NCBI GenBank assembly: GCA_963707025.1 | Contig: CAVPOM010000018.1 | Location: 352,001 to 416,000, forward strand | DNA: 64,000 nucleotides | Origin: an uncultured Verrucomicrobiae bacterium | GTDB lineage: Bacteria > Verrucomicrobiota > Verrucomicrobiia > Limisphaerales > Palsa-1400 | Reading direction: 5' to 3' | Shown here: one piece after another, positions 19,743-27,938 of the stretch | Layout of the letters: each line of letters opens with the position of its first letter | Numbering within the stretch: position 1 is the first letter of the stretch | The notes under the pieces: model-generated | The model's database searches: none | The model's input: the letters and a program-made list of their open reading frames with translations, nothing else | Told to the model about the DNA's origin: nothing | Made by a program: the position numbers and the translations under genes

Positions 19743-21949
19743 ACCCAGACGACACGCAAATTTTAGAGCCGGAACAATACGGGCTGGAAAGGCCCGCCCC
19801 GGCGCATTTGGAGGTCAGCCGCCGCGACTTTTTCAAGACTCTCGGCTGCGGAGTGATGGTGCTCTTTGTCGTTCCCGCCGCGCTGGCGCGCGGCGGCGGA
19901 GGCGCCGGCCGGGGCGGACGCGGCGGAGCAGCCCCACCGGCCGAAATCAGCGCCTGGATCCATATCGGCGAGGACGGCACGGTGACGGTTTACACGGGCA
20001 AAGCGGAAGTCGGCCAGAACATCCGCACCTCCCTGACCCAGGCGGTGGCCGAGGAACTGCCCGTGCCCGTTTCCTCCATCAAGATTTTGATGGCCGACAC
20101 GGACCTGGTTCCCTACGACGCGGGCACTTTCGGCAGCATGACCACGCCGCGGATGGCGCCGACCTTGCATCGCGCGGCGGCGGCGGCGCGCGGCGTGTTG
20201 CTCGACATGGCCGCGGAACATTTCCAGGTGGATCGCGCTGCTCTCACCGTGGCCGACGGCAAGATTTCCAAAACGGGCGGCACTGAATCCGTCACCTTCG
20301 GCCAGTTGACCAAGGGCCAGAAATTCACCAAGACGATTGACAATGCCACGCCCATTACGCCCGCCAGCGAATGGAAAATCGCCGGCACCTCCCTCCCCAA
20401 AGTGGACGGACGGGACTTTGTCACCGGCCAACACAAGTACTCGTCCGACCTGAAATTGCCCGGCATGTTGTTTGGCCGGGTCCTGCGCGGCCCGACGCTG
20501 GATGCGAAGATTGTTTCCGTTGACACCACGGCGGCCGAAGCGATGGAAGGAGTGAAAGTGGTGCGCGAAGAGACGCGCAATGGGACTTTTGTCGGGGTGG
20601 TGGCGCCGGACTCCCTGCTGGCCGAGTATGCGCTCAACGCCATCACCGCCCAATGGTCCGCTCCCACCGAGCAGCCCACGGACAAGACGATTTTCGAGTA
20701 TTTGAAAAACAACGTGGCCGCGGGCGGCGGACGCGGCGGCGGTGGCGGACGGGGTGGCGAAGGCGCCCCATTCGTCGAGGAGGCCGTCGCACAGGAGGCG
20801 CCTGCCGCGGGTGCGACCGCGGCGGCCGATCACACGCTCCAGCAAACCTACCACATCGCCTACATTGCCCACACCGCGCTGGAACCGCGCGCCGCCGTGG
20901 CGGATTGGAAGGAAGACAAACTGACCGTTTGGGCGGGATCGCAAAGCCCCTTTGGCGTGCGCGGTGGCGTGGCCCAAGCCTTGGGCATCCCGCAGGAGCG
21001 CGTGCGCGTCATCGTGCCGGACACAGGCTCCGGCTACGGCGGAAAACACAACAGCGAAGCAGCCCCTGAAGCCGCGCGTTTATCCAGGGCGGTCGGCAAA
21101 CCGGTCAAGCTGGTCTGGACGCGCGAGGAGGAATTTGCCTGGGCGGCCTTCCGTCCGGCGGGCGTCATTGAAGTGACCAGCGGCGTGCGCAACGACGGCA
21201 CCCTGGTCTCCTGGGACTTTACCAATTACAATTCAGGCAATGCCGGTCTGAGCAGCCCTTACCTGCAAAATCAAACCTCCGTCTTTCGTTCCACCCGTCT
21301 GGTGCTCCGGCAGACTTCCTATCGCGCGCTGGCGGCCACCGCCAACAACTTTGCCCGTGAAGTCCACATGGACGAACTGGCGCGGCTCTTGAAGATGGAC
21401 CCGCTGGAGTTTCGCCTCAAGAACTTGACCAACTCCCGCCTCCGCGCCGTCTTTGAAGCCGCCGCCAAAGCCTTCGGCTGGGGCACGGTCAAGGCCTCGG
21501 GCGGACGCGGCTTCGGGATTGCGGGCGGGACGGAAAAGGGTTCCTACATCGCGACTTGCGCCGAAGTTTTGGCCGACACCGCCAGCGGAACGGTCAAAGT
21601 GGTGCGGGCCGTGACCGCGTTTGATTGCGGCGCGGTCGTCAACCCCAACCATCTCAAAAACCAGATCGAAGGCGCCATGGTGATGGGCCTGGGCGGCGCT
21701 CTTTTTGAGGCCGTGGAATTTGAGAAGGGGATGATCACCAATCCGCATCTGGCCGATTACCGCGTGCCCCGCTTCACCGACGCTCCCAAAATTGAAATCG
21801 TTCTTATTGACAGAAAGGACATGGCTTCCGCCGGCGCGGGCGAAACCCCCATCATCAGCATCGGCCCCGCCGTGGGCAACGCGATTTTTGACGCCACCAA
21901 CATCCGCCTGCGCAACATGCCCATGATTCCCGACGGCCTGAAGGCGTAG
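19739..21949 (+). CDS. Molybdopterin-binding large subunit (IorB-like), Tat-exported
   Basis: SRRDFFK twin-arginine motif, GKAEVGQNIRT, GTFGS, GSGYGGK, QIEG, GAGETP; ATGA overlap with small subunit. Confidence 0.92.
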   Translation: MNPDDTQILEPEQYGLERPAPAHLEVSRRDFFKTLGCGVMVLFVVPAALARGGGGAGRGGRGGAAPPAEISAWIHIGEDGTVTVYTGKAEVGQNIRTSLTQAVAEELPVPVSSIKILMADTDLVPYDAGTFGSMTTPRMAPTLHRAAAAARGVLLDMAAEHFQVDRAALTVADGKISKTGGTESVTFGQLTKGQKFTKTIDNATPITPASEWKIAGTSLPKVDGRDFVTGQHKYSSDLKLPGMLFGRVLRGPTLDAKIVSVDTTAAEAMEGVKVVREETRNGTFVGVVAPDSLLAEYALNAITAQWSAPTEQPTDKTIFEYLKNNVAAGGGRGGGGGRGGEGAPFVEEAVAQEAPAAGATAAADHTLQQTYHIAYIAHTALEPRAAVADWKEDKLTVWAGSQSPFGVRGGVAQALGIPQERVRVIVPDTGSGYGGKHNSEAAPEAARLSRAVGKPVKLVWTREEEFAWAAFRPAGVIEVTSGVRNDGTLVSWDFTNYNSGNAGLSSPYLQNQTSVFRSTRLVLRQTSYRALAATANNFAREVHMDELARLLKMDPLEFRLKNLTNSRLRAVFEAAAKAFGWGTVKASGGRGFGIAGGTEKGSYIATCAEVLADTASGTVKVVRAVTAFDCGAVVNPNHLKNQIEGAMVMGLGGALFEAVEFEKGMITNPHLADYRVPRFTDAPKIEIVLIDRKDMASAGAGETPIISIGPAVGNAIFDATNIRLRNMPMIPDGLKA

Positions 21950-21965
21950 CTTGTTCTTTTTCTTC

Positions 21966-22018
21966 ATGGGTGGCACGGGCGACTCGCCCGTCCCGCCGGG
22001 CCACTGGCCCGGCGGAAG
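21966..22018. repeat. REP-like double hairpin
   Basis: ACGGGCGAcTCGCCCGT then CCGCCGGGCCAcTGGCCCGGCGG; partial relative at ~48131-48158. Confidence 0.6.
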
Positions 22019-22213
22019 CTCGACTGGGACTCTTGGCAAAAGCATCGAAATCAAGCCCGGAACAACTTAATCTATGACATACGGGGCGACGGAGTAATCC
22101 TCGCTTTGCTTGCAAGTCCGCCACTCCACCACTCCACCACTCCGGCCCTCCATTCCAATGCAGGTTCATTTTGCATTTTTCATTTTGCATTTTTCATTTC
22201 ATAATCTCCGCCC

Positions 22214-23335
22214 GTGAAAGAACTCGCCGCCATCCTCAGCGCCCAGGCCCGCCAGGCGGATAAAACCGCCGCCCTGGCCACGCTGGTGCAGGCTTCCGGC
22301 TCGACTTACCGCCGCCCCGGCGCCCGCATGTGGATTTCCGCGGACGGCGAATCGGTGGGTTCCATCAGCGGCGGTTGTCTGGAGCGCGACGTCATCGAAA
22401 AGGCGCAGGGCGTCATGCAACAAGGCCAAACCCTCCTGCTGACCTATGACACCACGGCGGAAGAGGACCTGGTTTTTGGCGCGGGACTGGGCTGCCAGGG
22501 CGCGGTCCATATTCTGGTCGAACCGGTCCGGCCCGGATCCCCCGCGGCCGGGTTGATCCAGTTTGTCAACCATCTTTTCCAACTGCGGCAAAGCGGCGTG
22601 GCCGCCACGGTTTTTCGATTGCAGGGCCTCATCCAGGCGCGGCTGGGCGACCGCCTGATGCTGGACCCCGGCGGCACCGTGGCCGGGGAAGTCCAGGACC
22701 CGGCGCTCAAAAGCAAAATGCTCCTGGCCGCCCGCGAAACCCTCCCGGCCAACCGTTCCAAGACCGTGGAATTCGAGCTGGCCGCCGGCACGGCCGAAGT
22801 CTTCGTGGAGGTGATCCAGGCGCCCGTGCCCCTGGTGATTTTCGGGGCCGGCTACGACGCCGCCCCCATGGTGCGCCTGGCCAAGGAGCTGGGTTTTCAT
22901 GTCACCGTGGCCGATGTGCGCCCGGCTTACGCCCGGCCAGACCGCTTTCCCGAGGCCGATGCCGTCGTGGTGGTGCGCCCGGAGGAGGCCACCCGCCTGG
23001 CGCTCAACGAAAAAACCGCGGCGGTCATCATGTCGCACAATTATTTGACAGACCGCGCCTTCCTCAAGGCGCTGCTGCCGCTCCCCTTGCGCTACCTCGG
23101 TTTGATGGGGCCAAAAGCCCGCGCCCAGAAAATGCTCCAGGAATTGCGCCAGGATGACGGGGGGCCCAGCGAGGCCATGCTCCGCCAAATTCATAATCCC
23201 GTGGGGCTGGACATTGGCGCGGAGAATCCGGAACAAATCGCCCTGGCCATCCTGGCCGAAATCCAGGCCGTCCTCTCCGGCCATGCCGGCGGCTTGCTCC
23301 GCGAAAAGACCAGCTCCATCCATGCCCCTGCCTGA
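22214..23335 (+). CDS. xdhC: XdhC/CoxI family Moco insertion chaperone
   Basis: GSTYRRPGARM, GSISGGCLE, GLGCQG, FGAG.DA, YLGLMGP, PVGLDIGAENPEQIALAI. Confidence 0.92.
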   Translation: MKELAAILSAQARQADKTAALATLVQASGSTYRRPGARMWISADGESVGSISGGCLERDVIEKAQGVMQQGQTLLLTYDTTAEEDLVFGAGLGCQGAVHILVEPVRPGSPAAGLIQFVNHLFQLRQSGVAATVFRLQGLIQARLGDRLMLDPGGTVAGEVQDPALKSKMLLAARETLPANRSKTVEFELAAGTAEVFVEVIQAPVPLVIFGAGYDAAPMVRLAKELGFHVTVADVRPAYARPDRFPEADAVVVVRPEEATRLALNEKTAAVIMSHNYLTDRAFLKALLPLPLRYLGLMGPKARAQKMLQELRQDDGGPSEAMLRQIHNPVGLDIGAENPEQIALAILAEIQAVLSGHAGGLLREKTSSIHAPA

Positions 23336-23340
23336 GGCTT

Positions 23341-24015
23341 ATGAACAGCGTGGCGCCAAACCTCTTCACCTCCCGCGGCGGCGCGGCCAGCGCCTTGATG
23401 ATTTTGGCCGCCGGCGCCTCCACCCGCCTGGGCCGTCCCAAGCAGTTGCTGCCGTTCCGGGGGCGCAGTCTCCTGCGACACGCCGCCGAAACCGCCCTGG
23501 CTTCCTCTTGCCGCCCGGTCGTCGTCGTGCTCGGCGCCTTGGCCGACAGGCTGAAGGGCGAATTGCGCGGCTTGCCCGTCACCGTGGCCATCAATCCCCA
23601 ATGGAATGAGGGCATCAGTTCGTCCATTCGCGCCGGCCTCAAGGCCCTGGCGCCGGAGGGGGCGGGGCCGAACGCCGTCCTCATTATGTTGTGCGACCAG
23701 CCTCTCATTTCAGCCCAATTCCTGGACCGCCTGGTCGCCGTCCACCAGTCCAGCGGCAGCGGCATCGTCGCGGCCGAATATGAGGGAGGAGCCGGTGTGC
23801 CGGCGCTGTTCAGCCGGGCCTATTATTCGGAGTTGGCGGCGTTGAGCGGCAACCGGGGCGCCAAACCAGTCATTGTCAAACATGCGAAACACGCGGAGCG
23901 AATTCCCTTGCCGGAGGCCGCCATGGACATTGACCGGCCGGAAGATATCCAACGGCTCGGTCGTCTGGCTGGGGCCTCATTGCCGGACGCAGTTGCCAAC
24001 GGCCAGGGCGGCTGA
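23341..24015 (+). CDS. mocA: Molybdenum cofactor cytidylyltransferase (MocA-like)
   Basis: ILAAGASTRLGRPKQLL, GISSSIRAG, LCDQP, DIDRPED; follows xdhC. Confidence 0.85.
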   Translation: MNSVAPNLFTSRGGAASALMILAAGASTRLGRPKQLLPFRGRSLLRHAAETALASSCRPVVVVLGALADRLKGELRGLPVTVAINPQWNEGISSSIRAGLKALAPEGAGPNAVLIMLCDQPLISAQFLDRLVAVHQSSGSGIVAAEYEGGAGVPALFSRAYYSELAALSGNRGAKPVIVKHAKHAERIPLPEAAMDIDRPEDIQRLGRLAGASLPDAVANGQGG

Positions 24016-24087
24016 AAACAGGAGGTATCATTGGACAAAACGGTTCTGATTTGATATCTTGGCAATGGAGGAGGTTGTCCCAATTGC

Positions 24088-25098
24088 ATGAATTTGAATC
24101 GCCTGAGAAGTATTGTTGCTTTGCTGATAGCGGCCCAGGGTTTGGCGGCCAAAGCGGATGTCACCCTGGCTTGGAACCCCGTGCCAGGGGCCGCCATCAC
24201 CAATTATACCTTGCTCTGGGGCACCAACAGCGGAGTTTACATTTTCGAAGCCTATACCGGCACTCAAACCAGCCTGACAGTGACCAGTTTGTCGCCCAAC
24301 ACAGTCTATTATTTCGCGGTCACGGCCACCGCGCAAGATGGCACCCAAAGCCTCGATTCCGGCGAAATTTGTTTCACCAACGCCCCGGAAATCCTGTCCA
24401 CCGGTCCTCCCGGGACCGGCGGCGGGATCGGTTTCACGAGTGAGGTTTCTGTTCCGGGGGTGCCGCCGGTGCTGACTTTGAGCTTTACCAACCATCACCC
24501 ATTATTGGCCATTTCCGGCACGCTGGCATCCACTCTGATGATCCAAAGCACCACCAACCCCGCCAATCTGAACAGTTGGACCACGATCACCAACCTGACC
24601 ATGACCAACCCGGCCGCGGCTGCCCCAACCAATCAAGGGTCGCCATCCGCCATCAACCTCGCCTTCGTTCCGGCCGCGCAAAACTACGAGGTGATTGACA
24701 GGACGCCCCCCACCTGCGAATTCTACCAGGTGGTGATGCCCTACGATTACATGGTGCTGGCCGATTATGTCTTGGCCCGCCAGGGATACACCAACCGCCT
24801 CCTGCTCGTGCGTATGCCGGGCATCTCCTCCGACGACGTTTGCTATGTCACCAACCAGAACAGCTTTCTTTTCTATGACGGGGCCAACCGCGCCTTCGCC
24901 CTGGCGCCTGCCGGTTCGACCATCCGCCAAATCGCCACCGCCTTGTCCACCTCGCTCGGCCAAAACTGGACCTCCGCCTCCGAGTTTACCTATTCCAACG
25001 GCGTCACCACCATCCTGGCTACCGTGGTTGAAACCGAGCCGGCCAGCTCGGACCCGGTGGCCGGCGCCGCCACCCCCAGCATCCAGATTGATTTTTAA
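24088..25098 (+). CDS. Exported fibronectin type III domain protein
   Basis: Signal peptide; VTLAWNP...YTLLWGT...LSPNTVYYFAVTA. Confidence 0.85.
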   Translation: MNLNRLRSIVALLIAAQGLAAKADVTLAWNPVPGAAITNYTLLWGTNSGVYIFEAYTGTQTSLTVTSLSPNTVYYFAVTATAQDGTQSLDSGEICFTNAPEILSTGPPGTGGGIGFTSEVSVPGVPPVLTLSFTNHHPLLAISGTLASTLMIQSTTNPANLNSWTTITNLTMTNPAAAAPTNQGSPSAINLAFVPAAQNYEVIDRTPPTCEFYQVVMPYDYMVLADYVLARQGYTNRLLLVRMPGISSDDVCYVTNQNSFLFYDGANRAFALAPAGSTIRQIATALSTSLGQNWTSASEFTYSNGVTTILATVVETEPASSDPVAGAATPSIQIDF

Positions 25099-25116
25099 AA
25101 AATCCATATCCGGATA

Positions 25117-26256
25117 ATGAAAGACCATGTTGAAAAACGGGTCGCCGCCCTCTTTTTTTTGATGCTGGTGATCCTGGCCGCCGTCGCCTGGGCTGCTGTC
25201 AACAATATCCAGAACTCCAAGGACAAGTCCGACTGGGTCAACCACACCCACGCCGTCCTGCAGCGTGCCACCGACATCTCCGGCTACCTTCACGCCGGCG
25301 ATGCTTTTATGAACGCCTACCTCCTGAGCGGCGCCCAACGCGATCAGGACAATTATCGCCGCGATGGCTACTACGCCATGCTCGAGGCTCTGACAGATGC
25401 CAAGGCCCTGACCCGCCGCGACCGCACCGAGGAAGCCCAGCACGGCGAGTTTTTGCAATTGGAAAAGCTCCTCCTCCAGCACTTGGCCGCTTGCAAAGCC
25501 CTGGTCCTGGCTCGTGAACAAGGAGGAGTGGACGGCGCCCGCCAAGCCGCCCTGGCCCATCCGGAGGCGGAGTCCACCGACGAGATTGACCGCCTGATTG
25601 CAAACCTCAAGCAGTTGGAAAACAGGCTCCTCAGCCAGCGCGACCAAGAGGCCAAAAAACAGGCCGACGATACCACCCATCTCATTTATGCCGGTGTCGT
25701 GGTCAACTTCGCCCTGCTCCTCTTCGCCAGTATGCTCATTCGCGACGACCTCCATGCCCGGCGCCTGGCCGCCACCGCCATGGCGCAAGCCAATGCCCAA
25801 CTCGAGGCCAAAGTCCAAGAACGCACCGCCCAACTCGTCCAGAGCAACCAAGCCCTCAAAAAGGAGAACCTGGAACGCCGCTGGTCCTACCAGGCGCTCG
25901 ATCACCAATTCCGTTACAATCAACTCATCGTCAATGCCATCAGCGAAATGGTCTTTGTCGTCAGCAAAGCTCTCAATGTCAGCCGCGTCAACCCCTCCGT
26001 CACCCATCTCACCCAATGGGAGGAGCAGGACCTCATTTCCCAATCCATCGGGCGCGTGCTGCAACTGCCGCCCGACGGCCCGGCCAACCCCATTCTCGCC
26101 GCCTTGAACGAAGGCCGCGAACTCCAGGAACGCCCGGCCGTGGTGCTCACCAAATCCGGTGCCACCATCCCGGTTCGCTTCAACCTCGTCCCGTTGCGCG
26201 ATGACAACAAAGTCGTGGGCGGCGTCCTGACCGTCAGGCCCACCGCACATCCATGA
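25117..26256 (+). CDS. Membrane sensor with CHASE3 and PAS domains, no kinase domain
   Basis: TM, WVNHTHAV (CHASE3), TM, LEAKVQERTAQL coiled coil, PAS ending VVGGVLTVR then stop. Confidence 0.8.
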   Translation: MKDHVEKRVAALFFLMLVILAAVAWAAVNNIQNSKDKSDWVNHTHAVLQRATDISGYLHAGDAFMNAYLLSGAQRDQDNYRRDGYYAMLEALTDAKALTRRDRTEEAQHGEFLQLEKLLLQHLAACKALVLAREQGGVDGARQAALAHPEAESTDEIDRLIANLKQLENRLLSQRDQEAKKQADDTTHLIYAGVVVNFALLLFASMLIRDDLHARRLAATAMAQANAQLEAKVQERTAQLVQSNQALKKENLERRWSYQALDHQFRYNQLIVNAISEMVFVVSKALNVSRVNPSVTHLTQWEEQDLISQSIGRVLQLPPDGPANPILAALNEGRELQERPAVVLTKSGATIPVRFNLVPLRDDNKVVGGVLTVRPTAHP

Positions 26257-26642
26257 AAAAGCACATTCTTTCAGTTGATGACGAAAAGGACATCCGCGAA
26301 CTGCTCCAGGAAAGCCTGGGCATGCAGGGCTACCGCGTCTCCACCGCCGCCACCCCCGGCGAAGCCCGCACAATCGCCAAGGCCGACCGCCCTGACTTGA
26401 TCATCCTTGACTTTCAAATCGAGGAAGGCGACGGCTTTGTCTTGATTGACGAATTCCGCAACCTCTATCCCGGCATCCCGCTCATGCTCCTGACCGGCGC
26501 TGTCTTCGCCAAGGGCGCCGTCCGCGAAGTCATCGAGAAGAAAGTCGCCAGCTACCTGGACAAAACCGCTTCCCTCTCCCAGATCACTGCCGAAATCCAT
26601 CGTCTCATCGGCGATCCCGAAGCCGGGGGGGCGAAGGAATAA
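26253..26642 (+). CDS. Single-domain response regulator
   Basis: ILSVDDE, PDLIILD, LLTG, YLDK. Confidence 0.9.
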   Translation: MKKHILSVDDEKDIRELLQESLGMQGYRVSTAATPGEARTIAKADRPDLIILDFQIEEGDGFVLIDEFRNLYPGIPLMLLTGAVFAKGAVREVIEKKVASYLDKTASLSQITAEIHRLIGDPEAGGAKE

Positions 26643-26697
26643 TCCCCGCCCTGCTCTCCCCAGCCGCAGGGAATGGAGAGAACCGGGGTTGGAATGG

Positions 26698-27678
26698 CTA
26701 CAAACCCCGCGGCTTCAAGCCCGCCCTCGCATAAACCGCGTCAATCACCCGCAGATTCGCCACCGCGTCCGCCGCCGTGGTCAGGATGGGCCCCTCGCCT
26801 CGCACCGCCGCGGCGAAGGCCCGCAACTGCCAGGCATAACTTCGCTCCGGCGAAAACCGTTCCACCCGTGTCCCGCCCTCACTCCGCACCTTCAGCCGGT
26901 GGAAAAGATGCGGCTGGAACGGAAACCAGACCCGCAATTCCCCCTTCGTTCCCCGGACCAGCGCCCAGGTCCGCAGCAAAACCCGCGACCACAAGGAGCA
27001 GGTCATGCGGGCTGTTGCGCCCGCCGGGAACCGGAAATCCGCCTCCATAAAGCGGTCAATTTGCGGCGAAGCCAGCAGCGCCCGCGCCCCGGTCACCTCC
27101 GGCTCCGCCCCCGCCAGGAAGCGAATCACATTAATGCAATAACAGCCCACGTCCATCGTCGCTCCGCCACCCAACTCATACCGGTAGCGGATGTCGGAAC
27201 GATTCCAGAGCGGCGCGCAAAAATGCGCTTCCATCCGCTGCAACCCGCCCAATTCCCCGCCCGCCACAATCTCCTTCATCCGCAACACCAGCGGATGACA
27301 GCGGTAATGAAATGCCTCCGCCAAAATCCGCCCGGCCCTGGCCGCCGCCTCCTGCATCCGTTGCGCTTCCGGCGCATTGCAGCCCAGGGGCTTCTCGCAA
27401 AGCACATGTTTGCCCGCCTGCAGGGCGCGGATGCTCCACTCCGCGTGCAAACTATTGGGCAGCGCATTGTAAACCGCGTCAATCCCCGCATCCTCCGTCA
27501 ACTCCTGGTAACTTCCCAGCGCCCTCGGTATCCCGAACCGCCGGGCAAATTCGCCCGCCCGCGCCGGGTCCCGCGCGGCCACCGCCTCGACCCGCACCTG
27601 CCCGGCCAGCGCTTGGGCGGGTCGGACCATGGCCGCCGGTCCAATCCGCCCCGCCCCCAACATGCCGATTCTGATCAT
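26698..27678 (-). CDS. Gfo/Idh/MocA family oxidoreductase
   Basis: GMLGAGRIG, ALPNSLH, GKHVLCEKP, GGGATMDVGCY. Confidence 0.92.
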   Translation of the reverse strand: MIRIGMLGAGRIGPAAMVRPAQALAGQVRVEAVAARDPARAGEFARRFGIPRALGSYQELTEDAGIDAVYNALPNSLHAEWSIRALQAGKHVLCEKPLGCNAPEAQRMQEAAARAGRILAEAFHYRCHPLVLRMKEIVAGGELGGLQRMEAHFCAPLWNRSDIRYRYELGGGATMDVGCYCINVIRFLAGAEPEVTGARALLASPQIDRFMEADFRFPAGATARMTCSLWSRVLLRTWALVRGTKGELRVWFPFQPHLFHRLKVRSEGGTRVERFSPERSYAWQLRAFAAAVRGEGPILTTAADAVANLRVIDAVYARAGLKPRGL

Positions 27679-27938
27679 CTCGCCAATTTATTATCGTCTT
27701 GGGCCATGCCAAACAACTGCATCGGCCGCGTGAGGCGCCAAGGAAATCTGCCCATCTTCATAAGGTGACCGCAGCCGGCGACGGGCCGGATCGCCTGCTC
27801 CCGGCGGAACGCGCTCCGCCATGAGTATCGCCTTGTCAACATAATAAAAAATCACATGGCCCTGGCAGGGACGCTCGACGCGCCCGGAACGCAGTCCGGT
27901 CAATTCCCTGCCATTGGCCGAACATTGGGCAAACCTGT

